A DNA stretch of 63,745 nt, filler included, from Octopus bimaculoides (taxonomy: Eukaryota), in NCBI RefSeq assembly GCF_001194135.2. It is 6 parts of 6 records of this genome, joined end to end, with 100 filler letters (N's around TTAATTAATTAA, not from the genome) between each part and the next. Parts side by side here need not be neighbours in the genome. Positions count along the whole stretch, not along the records: positions 11,132 to 40,878 come from NC_068981.1; positions 40,979 to 46,459 come from NC_068988.1; positions 46,560 to 55,553 come from NC_068982.1; 3 more parts are not named here. One strand, written 5' to 3'. This document shows positions 37,860 to 49,190 of this stretch, in pieces (position 1 is the stretch's first letter; each line of letters opens with the position of its first letter). The notes under the pieces are model-generated. The model did no database searches and was not told the DNA's origin. It saw nothing but the letters and a program-made list of their open reading frames with translations. The position numbers and the translations under genes were made by a program.

Positions 37860-38255
37860 TTATGGGAAACGAAGATTATAGATATTGCAATACCGGGGGA
37901 TGCACGCATAAGTTACAAAGAACTAGAAAAGATTGAAAAGTACAGACTTCTAAAAGATGGAATTGCAAGAATGTGGACTATGAAGAGAGTGTCTGTTATT
38001 CCAGTTGTTGTAGGGTCACTCGGAGCACTAACAACCAAGTTCGAGAAATATGTCAAAGAAATCGGAATTGACATGAGAGCAGAGCAATCCCCCAAAACTG
38101 ATCTCCTGGGGACAGAAAGGATTTTGATATTGGTTTTTGGTTGGTGAATGTCTCCCACGATGGAAAGAGACCTTGTGAGATTTCTGACAGCAGGTTGCTG
38201 TCTGCTCTCACAGAATCTGCCAGAGCAAACAAGACCGAGCGCTCTGAGAAGTAAA
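37860..38255 (+). mobile_element. 5'-truncated R4/Dong-like element flanked by (AAT)n on both sides
   Basis: ETKIIDIAIP(fs)DARISYKELEKIEKYRLLKDGIARMWTMKRVSVIPVVVGSLGALTTKFEKYVKEIGIDMR...LLGTERIL; (AAT)n at 37799-37852 and 38257-38345. Confidence 0.85.
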
Positions 38256-38298
38256 ACAATAATAATAATAATCATTGCAAGAATTCATCATCATCATC

Positions 38299-38336
<38 letters not shown>

Positions 38337-38457
38337 TAATAATAATAGCTGTAGCAGTAGTAGAAGACGAAAGAAAATAAGTAAATAATGTAAAGACGGA
38401 AGAAATGCCGCTAAGAATTTTTTCCAACGTGTTAATGTTTTTCTTGCGCGCCGGCTT

Positions 38458-38521
<64 letters not shown>

Positions 38522-38544
38522 GCAACAACAACAACAACAATGCT

Positions 38545-38755
38545 TTAAAATTTTGTTACAAGGCCAGTATTTTCGGGGGATGGGAGTAAGTCGATTACAT
38601 CGACTCCAGTGTTCGTCTGGTACTTAACTTATTGACTCCGAGAGGATGAAAGGCAAAGACAACGCCGTCAGAATTTGAACTCGGAATGTAAAGACGGACG
38701 GAAAGCTGCTAAGTATTTTACCGGCATGCTAACGATTGTGCCAGCTCGCCGTCTT
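38545..38755 (-). mobile_element. SINE group B
   Basis: ggatgaaaggcaaagac...aatttgaactcggaa...gccagctcgcc. Confidence 0.8.
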
Positions 38756-38779
38756 AATGATTATGATGATACTACTACA

Positions 38780-38834
<55 letters not shown>

Positions 38835-39599
38835 AACTTCTACGGGGAGAAGAGCCAAAATTTGTAAGGGGAGTAGGGCCAAAACTTCTAAAGGGAGATG
38901 GGCCTCTTTTTGTCTTTTTAGACAAACCCCTCCTGAGATGGTGTCTCGATAAAGATACTGGTGGCTGTGATACCTTATCAACGCTTACCTCTGCATGAGA
39001 GTAATGAATAATAGAATTAACACAAACAACGGCATAAATGAGGACGGAACTACAGGTGGAGGACTTTCGCCCTTCAGCTACCCTGTGGCTGAGCAGCACA
39101 GGCCTGATTGCCATTATACGGCTGCTAGAACTAAAATTAAAGCTGATTCTTGGAAATTCTCTCTCTCTCTCTCTCTTTTCCCCCATGTCTGTGTGTTTCT
39201 TTGCTCCTGTCTTTCTCTATTTTTTTTTTTAATTCTCGACCATCATCATTTTAATGATGATTTTGTGTTTGAAACAATAGTAACTAAATGAATTTCGTAA
39301 CTGTTATTTCAATTAGGCTAGTTGCAATGTGTTATGTTACACTAAAGATTATTTAGGCCGAGGAAAAGACTCCCTTAATTATGCGGTTGAAGAGTTCGTA
39401 ATTTTCTAATAGTGCAAAGTTTTAATTGGATCATTAGAAACATTATACAATTAGATTATACCGATATTCATTAATTAGGTAACAACGACTTACTATTAAT
39501 ACCACCATTCAAACATCACACATTTATATCATGCTAAAATTCCATAATTAATTCATTACGATATTTTACTATTAGTTTAGACCTAACTTAATAAAGTGA

Positions 39600-39730
39600 C
39601 ACGCGGTTAGCACGCCGGACAAAATGCTTAGTGGCATTTCGTCCGTCTTCACATTCTGAGTTCAAATTCCATTGAAGTTGATTTTCCCTTTTATCCTTCT
39701 GAGGTCGATAAAGTAAGAACCCAGTTAAAC
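39600..39730 (+). mobile_element. SINE group B, 3'-truncated
   Basis: ttagcacgccggacaaaatgcttag...ttctgagttcaaattcc...gtcgataaagtaagaacccagtt. Confidence 0.75.
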
Positions 39731-39743
39731 AAAATTTGAAACA

Positions 39744-39811
<68 letters not shown>

Positions 39812-39944
39812 GTTGTTGTTGTTTTTTTTCTTCTTTCTTCAAATTTTCTTCCATTTCTCGCCGAGTGTTTTCCGTACACCTTGGGCCGAGAAGCTCATTG
39901 TATGCATTCCCAGTTTACACACGCATATTATTATTATTATTATT

Positions 39945-40205
39945 TATTCAGTAGTCTTATTTTTATCACGTGCGGCTCTGTGTGCCTTGGGTATGTGCTG
40001 TGGTTTGTTGTGGTGCTCTTATTTTCACTGTATTGAAAGTGTTTTACGTAGGATGTGTGCGATACCGAGTAGTGCTATTTTCTGTATGTTATGTATAGTT
40101 GTAAATCCTGGAGTTTTTGTTATGTATTTGTCTGAACGTTTTTTTATCATATCTGATGCGCCTACTATGATAGGAATTGTTTCTGTTTTTAGACTCCACA
40201 TTTGA
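39945..40205 (-). mobile_element. R4/Dong-like 3' end
   Basis: QMWSLKTETIPIIVGASDMIKKRSDKYITKTPGFTTIHNIQKIALLGIAHILRKTLSIQ* plus 3' UTR running into (TAA)n at 39928-39945. Confidence 0.85.
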
Positions 40206-40209
40206 GTTA

Positions 40210-40420
40210 AAGGTGGAGAACTGGCAGAATCTTTAGGGCGTCAGACACAAAGCCTCTCGGTGTTTCTTCCGACACCTTTACGTTCCGAGTTCAATTCATA
40301 CTAAAATCAACTTCGCCATTCACCCCTTCTGGGTCAATAAAATAAAGTACCAGTCAAACATTGCAGTGGATTCTATTCACTAGACTCTTCCATTCAAAAT
40401 TGCTGGCCTTGTTCCTAAAT
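40210..40420 (+). mobile_element. SINE group B
   Basis: ggtggagaactggcagaatc...gttccgagttcaattc...gtcaataaaataaagtaccagt...aaattgctggccttg. Confidence 0.75.
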
Positions 40421-40842
40421 TAAGAATAATAACAATAATTATTTTTGATGTAGAATAGGTACATGTTCATATGATTTATAGAAAAGATACTATTGTCATT
40501 TCTAAAGTAATTATAAGATGTCTTTCAGCAAGGGATCGAACTATCTAACATAATCTCCACACTGGAAGAAATCTCTTATTGTCAAGGATTCTTAATAAAA
40601 ATACATGTAGAGTTTTATGACTGTTGACTAGGCACGTCACCCTTAAGTTTTGCACAATAGTAAAATCAATATTGAATTCATAGCAGCAAATTTTATCGAT
40701 CTAATTTAAAGTGGATATTTATAAATATCATCCCTTTTAGATAAACTACCCATAAAATAAACTTCAAACATGGAAACATAAGCATGAAATATGAGGCATA
40801 ATCACTATGCATACACACATACTCTCTCTCTCTCCCTCTCTC

Positions 40843-40878
<36 letters not shown>

Positions 40879-40994
40879 NNNNNNNNNNNNNNNNNNNNNN
40901 NNNNNNNNNNNNNNNNNNNNNNTTAATTAATTAANNNNNNNNNNNNNNNNNNNNNNNNNNNNNNNNNNNNNNNNNNNNTATATATATATATGTT

Positions 40995-41031
40995 TCTTTC
41001 TGTTGAAGAGCGTAGCTCGAAACGTCAAAGA
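40995..41031 (+). ncRNA. Minimal type-I hammerhead motif with core mutation
   Basis: ucuuu-CUGuUGA-a-gagc-gua-gcuc-GAAA-c-g-U-C-aaaga: stem I 5 bp, stem II 4 bp, loopless AC/GU stem III, GUC site; A6 is replaced by U. Confidence 0.7.
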
Positions 41032-41154
41032 CTTTCCGTATTCCCGAGCGTCATACTAATATATACTTTTGTTATTTACACCACCTGTCCTCGTCTGTTG
41101 TTATTTTTTGTATATTCTCCCATATATATGTATATATGTACATATATATATGTG

Positions 41155-41208
<54 letters not shown>

Positions 41209-41778
41209 AACGTAATAATATATATATATACATGCATACATCCACACACACGCACACACACACACACACACACATACACACACTCACATGCACACGGAAT
41301 GTGGATATTATTCCTGGCTTTGTATTAAGTTCGTTTTATCGTGTTTGTTTGCATTCAGTCGTACATATGTGCGCATGTACACACACACACACGCACGCAT
41401 TCACGCGCACACACACATACACGCACGTACTTATTACGTATTTAATACCTTATTGCTTCAATTCATAGCTGTATCTTTTCAATGCTGGAAATCATTCTTA
41501 CCTTTCAAAAAAAAAAAAACGTACAACTATTAGTGTTGCCTGTTTAGCTCTTCTGGAGTTAAATATTGCACCTGCTTTCATTATACATTTAACTCAAGTT
41601 TCTCATAATCCAGCAACTAATTCCTATTACAGATCCAGTTTTAATAAGCGGCCAACGTTTTGACACTTCCTTTTCAAACTATGTTATACATAATAAAAAA
41701 AAAAAGAATGCTAGCGAGCGCATGCAAAACAGGAAATTATGAGAATTCTGGCACTCATGGCAAATGTTTCTCGTATGT

Positions 41779-42237
41779 TACGATCTATGTGTGTACTCTT
41801 ATGCATCAAGCGCCTGTATGAGAGGCTCTCTCAAGGCTAATGACGCAGTATTCGGTGCTCGAATAAAACAACCATGTTAAGTTGGATATAAAGATTACCT
41901 TTTGTCATTAATACCGCTTCCGTCTCTAGTAATTAATTTTTGATTATTCTGCTGGCTATTTGCGAGATCAGAGCCTGAAAACATGTTGATATTCTATACA
42001 TTGTAGCAGCGAGATTTGATTGGTATGCGGAGGCCGGCCGCTTCCCAATGATGATTTCCAGTAGAATGAAATCACGTGGTATCTGTTTTCCGGCGCCCAT
42101 TAGAGACAATTCTTGCCCGCTATGATCTATGTGCGTGCTCTTATGCACCAAGCGCCCATATGAGAGGATCTCCTCAAAGTTAATAACGCAATATTCGGTG
42201 CTCTAACAAGATATCCATGTTAAGTCGGATATAAAGA
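41779..42237. repeat. Pair of ~116-bp direct repeats around a CpG-rich spacer
   Basis: 41779-41894 versus 42121-42237, about 18 differences by eye. Confidence 0.85.
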
Positions 42238-42616
42238 AAGCATATTTTCGAATGATTTATGACGAATGAAAGAGACGGGGAAGCATTATGGCAAAGAACG
42301 TATGACCTGTAGGCGGGTCATATATCAGCCATGTTATGACACACGTGTTTTCCTAGGACTATTCTTTTCTCGGATTAATCTTCTCTTCAGACCTTTCCAC
42401 CTTCCTATTTCTGAAGAAGAGCAATGCTCGAAACATCACACCCCCTCTTTTTTACATATTAAACTGAGCGCCAAATTTATACATACACTGTGTATGTCCT
42501 TTGGACTTTCGTTGTCTTTATTTATATATATATACAGAGAGAGAGAGATAGAGAGAGAGAAGGATGAATGTTGAAGCATATACCTATGTGCATATTTGTG
42601 TGTCTATATATACATA

Positions 42617-42676
<60 letters not shown>

Positions 42677-43062
42677 GGTTCAAAAAAACACAAGAAACAA
42701 TAACAAAAAAACAACAAAGTGAGGACGTGATACGGATAGTGTTATTGGACGCTTCCCTTCCCCTTTATTCCCCCTCCTCTCAAAAAGGACGTTTATTTTT
42801 CTCTCCTTCCGCCAGCATTTTCTTTCGTCTCTTTAGCTCGTGTGTGCTAACATCTTGCTTTTCACCTTGCAACAACAATATTATTTCACCTCCTTCTCGG
42901 AGTGTACCATATTCTTGGACATTTTACCAATTTCTTTTAGTATTTTCTTCCTTTCAGGAATTTGACCTATCTCATTCTTCTCTCTCAAATTCGACTTTTA
43001 GTTTCTCGAATTTTTTCAACCATTCTTTCATTGTTTTACAGCTGCATTCTTGAAAAAAAAAA

Positions 43063-43455
43063 GTGGTAAGTAGCTTGCTTACCAACCACATGGTTCCGGG
43101 TTCAGTCCCACTGCATGGCATCTTGGGCAAGTATCTTCTACTATAGCCTCGGGCCGACCAAAGCCTTGTGAGTGGATTTGGTAGACGGAAACTGAAAGAA
43201 GCCCGTCGTATATATGTATATATGTATATGTATGTATGTGTGTGTATGTGTTTGTGTGGCTGTATTTGTCCCCCCAACATCGCTTGACAACCGATGCTGG
43301 TGTGTTTACGTCCCCGTAACTTAGCGGTTCGGCAAAAGAGACTGATAGAATAAGTACTAGGCTTCCAAAAAGTAAGTCCTGGGGTCGATTTGCTCGACTA
43401 AAGGCGGTGCTCCAGCATGGCCACATTCAAATGACTGAAACAAATAAAAGAGTAA
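43063..43455 (+). mobile_element. Group V SINE, near full length
   Basis: gtggtaagtagcttgcttaccaaccacatggttccgggttcagtcccactg head, V/MER6-like middle, tail to aaataaaagag. Confidence 0.9.
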
Positions 43456-44570
43456 AAAAAGAGTAAAGAAAAAGAAAGGATTTATCACCAGTTCTAGCTA
43501 TTGTTTATGCACTTGCACACACGAAACACCTGCCTTGCTCTCGTCACCCCACCGTGTTTTGTCAACATTTTTATTCAAACACGCGCGCTCTTACTGCCTC
43601 ACATACAGTCTTTAATACTACTAATTTAACAATTACATACACATACACATAGACATACACAGGTACATACACATACACCCTCCCCTACGAAGCAACCNNN
43701 NNNNNNNNNNNNNNNNNNNNNNNNNNNNNNNNNNNNNNNNNNNNNNNNNNNNNNNNNNNNNNNNNNNNNNNNNNNNNNNNNNNNNNNNNNNNNNNNNNNN
43801 NNNNNNNNNNNNNNNNNNNNNNNNNNNNNNNNNNNNNNNNNNNNNNNNNNNNNNNNNNNNNNNNNNNNNNNNNNNNNNNNNNNNNNNNNNNNNNNNNNNN
43901 NNNNNNNNNNNNNNNNNNNNNNNNNNNNNNNNNNNNNNNNNNNNNNNNNNNNNNNNNNNNNNNNNNNNNNNNNNNNNNNNNNNNNNNNNNNNNNNNNNNN
44001 NNNNNNNNNNNNNNNNNNNNNNNNNNNNNNNNNNNNNNNNNNNNNNNNNNNNNNNNNNNNNNNNNNNNNNNNNNNNNNNNNNNNNNNNNNNNNNNNNNNN
44101 NNNNNNNNNNNNNNNNNNNNNNNNNNNNNNNNNNNNNNNNNNNNNNNNNNNNNNNNNNNNNNNACTGCCTCACATACAGTCTTTAATACTACTAATTTAA
44201 CAATTACATACACATGCACATAGACATACACAGGTACATACACATACACCCTCCCCTACGAAGCAACCTTCACACTTGTACACAGACGTACACTACACCA
44301 ACAAATACGCATACACTATTCCCTTTACGCCCGTTTCGAAACACAGTAACACTTTAATATGTACATTTATATTCCTACCCCTTCCGCCCTTCTCAGCATC
44401 TTTCCCACAAGGTAGCATTCCCTCCTGGTCTCTAACTCTTCACCTTCCTTCTCCGTCTCTTTCTCCCTTTTATACTTTTAATTTTGTAGTTTTTCTGTTT
44501 GTTTTCTCTTTCTTTTTATACACTCACTATTTCTCTCCCCTTCCTTTTTCTGCTTCACATTTTCTTTTCT

Positions 44571-44622
44571 GTTTTTTACTGATGAAGGACTTACGTCCGA
44601 ATAATTTCTCAAGCGTTAAACC
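44571..44622 (+). ncRNA. Interrupted hammerhead motif
   Basis: CUGAUGA-a-GGAC-uuac-GUCC-GAA, then about 12 extra nt (taatttctcaag) before cgttaaacc. Confidence 0.55.
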
Positions 44623-45604
44623 AATGCCATATATATATATATTCTTTCTGCGCCGTTCTTTTTAATGTTTATTAACTTTATACCCTATATACATACGTAC
44701 ATACATACATGCATACATGCAGGCACACATACATATATACATATATGTGTGTATGTGTGTATATATGTGTATATATGTGTGTGTGTGTGTATATATAAAT
44801 ATATATTTATATATAAATATATATATATGTATATATGTATATATATGTGTGTGTGTGTGTATGCGTGTTTGTGTATGTTTGTATATATATATATGTATGT
44901 GTGAATAGGTAAAACCTTAAACAAAGTTGCATAGGAATGTCTACTTTGGAGGAATATGTAGTGTAACTGTATCACCTAAATGCACGTAAAGGCTACATCA
45001 AAGGACATTACGACACTGATCCAGCAGAAACACGTGTCGGATTGGTATTTAATGAAAATAATACTGTAATAAACAAATTTTGAAGATGTATTATTCTTCA
45101 TTCTTCTTTATGGTGTCTTGATTATACATATATATATACAAACATACAAACATACATAAATAAATACTCACACACACATACCTACATATACATACACACA
45201 CACACACACATACATATGAGTGTATGAATATATTCACACTTCCTTTGTGTATAGTTATAAATAAAATGTATACATTGAGGACTTCTTCAAGATATTTAGG
45301 TAGATTATCACATTATTTTTACGATAAGGTTGAAAGTAACTTCAGAGTCTTGCCTCCGTTTGGTTTCGTCAATGAGTCTTCAGACGCCAACGGAGTCCTT
45401 TGAGTCACTTTTGCGACATTCAGTTATTAATCAAATATACTAATTAAATATATAAATGTAGATCCGTATTTTGGGGAACAGACATATTATAGACATATCT
45501 GTGTATAATTCAGTTTTAAACAGCATCGCTTCAAATAGAAGTTGAGTGAAGTGGAATTCTGTTTCTCAGGTAAAAACAGAACATTCCGCATCATTCCTCA
45601 GCAT

Positions 45605-45975
45605 TTTTTGGCACTCTGTCGCTTACGACGTCGAGGGTTCCAGTTGATCCCATCAACGGAACAGCTTGCTCGTGAAATTAACGTGCAAATGGCTGAGCAC
45701 TCCACAGACAGGTGTACTCTTAACGTAGTTCTCGGGGATATTCAGTGTGACAAGGCTGACTCTTTGAATTACAGGCACAACAGAAACAGGAAGTAAGAGT
45801 GAGAGAAAGTTGTGGTGGAAGAGTACAGCAGCTTTCGTCACCACCACCCTACCGGAGCCTCGTGGAGCTTCTAGGTGTTTTCGCTCAATAAACACTCAAC
45901 GCCCGGTCTGGGAATCGAAACCGCAATCCTATGACCGCGAGTCCGCTGCCCTAACCACTGGGCCATTGCGCCTCC
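45605..45975 (-). mobile_element. tRNA-derived SINE group A, full length
   Basis: Reverse complement gcgcaatggcccagtggttagggcagcggactcgcggtcataggattgcggtttcgattccc (A and B boxes), long middle, shared tail. Confidence 0.85.
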
Positions 45976-46373
45976 ACTATGTTCCCCAGCATAGACACAC
46001 CTGAAATTTAAACAAGCAATCGGAAAGTAAATAATCCTATGTCTATATTTCAAAATCATTGCAACCTCACCTCGTTTTATCTTTCTTTCAAGTATTTATT
46101 GATTGATAACATCTGTGTCTGGCTACGGCGACATTATAAGGTTATCACAAAACACACGAACAGATCCTGCAGCTAGCATTTCATCATTCCTAACGCTGGT
46201 GACAATTTATGAAGGGGAAATGTACGTATGAAAGAAAAAGTGAGAGCTACAGTATGAGATTAATTACTAGCCTAGAGCGTTCCTGTGCTCGCGTGCGACA
46301 CAATCCCACGCATATATGTATATACACATAGATACCCACGCACACCTGTACACGCAGCTATATGAGTGCATGA

Positions 46374-46406
<33 letters not shown>

Positions 46407-46559
46407 TTGTGATGCACTTACACACATATATACACACACGCACGCACACATAATATATANNNNNNNNNNNNNNNNNNNNNNNNNNNNNNNNNNNNNNNNN
46501 NNNTTAATTAATTAANNNNNNNNNNNNNNNNNNNNNNNNNNNNNNNNNNNNNNNNNNNN

Positions 46560-46860
46560 GTTTATTGAGCGAAAGCACCTAAAAGCTCCACGAGGCTCCG
46601 GCAGGGGATGGTGGCGAATCCTGCTGTACTCTTTCACCACAACTTTCTCTCATTCTTTCTTCCTGTTTCTGTTGTGCCTGTAATTCAAAGGGTCAGCCTT
46701 GTCACACTGTGTCACGCTGAATATCCCCGAGAACTACGTTAAGGGTACACGTGTCTGTGGAGTGCTCAGCCACTTGCACGTTAATTTCACGAGCAGGCTG
46801 TTCCGTTGATCGGATCAACTGGAACCCTCGACGCCGTAAGTGACGGAGTGCCAACAACAT
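46560..46860 (+). mobile_element. SINE group A, head lost in gap
   Basis: Colinear with the reverse complement of 45605-45900. Confidence 0.85.
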
Positions 46861-47084
46861 ATTCTCTGTAGTTCCTGTTACCACTAAGTACTGCAGCAGT
46901 GGTAATGGTGACACAAGGGCTCTGCATTTTGCTTTTTCTTTTATAACTGGTGTAGTTAATGTTGGTATTTTTGTTATTGACACCACAAACCATTGCAGTG
47001 GAGGTGATGGAGTTTGAGAGATTTTTGTCATTTTCTCCTTGTCCTGCCCGGTGTGGTAGTAGTAGTAGTAGTAGTAGTAGTAGA

Positions 47085-48110
47085 TCCAGTTTGAACTTCC
47101 TTACAAAAGTACCACATTTGTAGAGGCCATTCGTCATGAAATTACTAAAAACTGGATGCTTAAGGCTCGTTGAAAATCCCGTGAGGTGTAAGAAGATTCA
47201 TTCAATCTGGTAGAAGAGAAAAATATTTGCAATTGATTTCATGAATGATACACAGGAAGAACAACCTGAGGGAAGTGTAGCAATTGTTGTTACCTCAATT
47301 GGCTGAATAATTGTCTGAAAGTTGGGAACAGAAACCTCTGCATGGCAAATAAGAAACCTTTGCATGGCCCGTAGCAAATAAGCTGCTGTTGACTAGAAGC
47401 TATCTATAGCTACAAAACTCAGGCTAAAGGCTGAAAGCAAATGTTTCTTCTTAGATACTCAAGATTAAATCTTATTGAACTGGAACTACCAAAACAATAT
47501 GAGGGAAAAAATGAAGTTGATCCAAAGTGCCGATTCTGTAATGATGAGATTGAAAAAGTGGATCACTTAATGTCTGGATGTAAAGTTTTAGCATTAGTAG
47601 AGAATAAATCAAGACATTGACAGAGTTAGCTAATATCTACACTGGTTATTATATTGCCATTTAAAAAATAAAACTTGACAAGTGGTATGGGAGGAAATAA
47701 AACGCTTCTTTGAAACTTTCCCGTTCATACAAACACAACAATCAAAACTAATAAACCGAATATTGTTGGAAAAGACCAAAAGGATAAAGTTTATTTATTG
47801 ATTGATATGAGTATCCCCTGTGATCATAGTACTGCGGCAAAAGAATTTGACAAGCTCAGAAAATATGAAGATTTGTCCATTGATAATAAAAAAAAAAGAA
47901 TCTGGCATCTCAATGCGTTTACAATACCAGTGATTGTAGCAGCACTAGAAATGATCGGACAAGGAACTGAAAATTATGGGAGAAAGTTCCCTGGCTTACT
48001 GTCCATGCAAGAAGAGCAAGATACGTCATAAGCATTGTAGAGAGCATTGCCGCTGTATGAACGATAACTTTGCATGTATATATACATATATTTTTACACA
48101 ATTTAATTTG
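47085..48110 (+). mobile_element. R4/Dong-like C-terminal region (CCHC finger plus RLE), degraded
   Basis: WEQKPLHGK...DPKCRFCNDEIEKVDHLMSGCKVLA...RH..RV..YLHW...TNKPNIV...LLIDMSIPCD...KEFDKLRKYEDL...IWHL...IPVIVAAL. Confidence 0.85.
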
Positions 48111-48704
48111 GTTTTGTAAATGAATAATCTAGTGTGTTTATCTTAATGGCATATCAATGTAGACAGTATGACATAGGAGCCAGAAAGTTAGTCGGCAAGA
48201 AATGGAAACAAAGTCTGAAGAAGAAGGAAAAAAATAATTTTAGTAAAGATACAAGTCTTTATTCAAAATCCTAATCTCATAGAAAACCGCAACATAATTT
48301 TTGGTAAAGAAAATAATGTTTTATTTCACTGAATGTTAATTACATATAATATAGAAGTTGACATATTGATGTGTTTACAGATATTATGCAGTTATCGTTT
48401 TGTTAAAAACTGCATTAGTCGAAATACAGAATCATCTTTATGAGAGGAACTACTTTCAAATGTGGTTTTAAAAACAAATGACATATGCAAAATTTCGATT
48501 CAAACGGCAAATGAAATTAAAATACAATAATTTGTATGTTTGTTGTGAATTCAATTTCCTATTCTGTGTCACGATCAGAAGAAATATCAAATTCCTTAGT
48601 AATCCAGATATTTTTTAATGAAAGCAATGAGAAATATTCCTCAAGATTTAACAATTGGTTAACAATTGGACACAGTTTTCCCTATTAAACATCATAACAA
48701 CCAT

Positions 48705-49190
48705 TGCGTAGGATGGCAGAATCGTTAGTCCACTGGATAAAATGTTTACTAGTATTTCGTCCGTCAATCAATTGTGAGTTCACATTCCTTTGAGATCGAT
48801 TTTGCCTTTCATTCTTTTGGAGTCAATAAAAGAAACACCAGTTGAGCATTGGAGGTGGATGCAACCTATTTACATCGCCCCTAAAACTGCTGGCCTTGTG
48901 TCAAAATTTGAGACCAATATCTGATTGGAGGTTTCATTATTAACCATTATAGCAACCATTATCTAAAATACTATTAAAACAGCAAAACGTCAGATCCGTT
49001 AGAACGGCGGACAAAATGCCTAGTGGCCTTTCGTCTGTCTTTATATTCTGAGTTCAAATTCCGCCAGGGTCAACTACACCTTTCATCCCTCCGCGGGGAT
49101 GAAATAAGTGCCGTTAGAGCAATGGCAATGATTTAATCGACTACCTCCCTCCCCCAAAATTTCAGGCCTTGTGCCTATAGTAGAAAGTAT
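48705..49190 (+). mobile_element. Two tandem group B SINEs
   Basis: Copies at about 48705-48920 and 48985-49190. Confidence 0.8.

Noticed and set aside
43593-44268. 105-bp direct repeat on both sides of an N gap (43593-43697, 44164-44268)
   Set aside because: One mismatch, and both copies end exactly at the gap edges; most likely overlapping contig ends (allelic), though a true tandem array is not excluded.
45340-45390. Minus-strand ctgaaga-ctcattgac-gaaac as a hammerhead
   Set aside because: Stem II is mismatched, with no NUH site or stem I.
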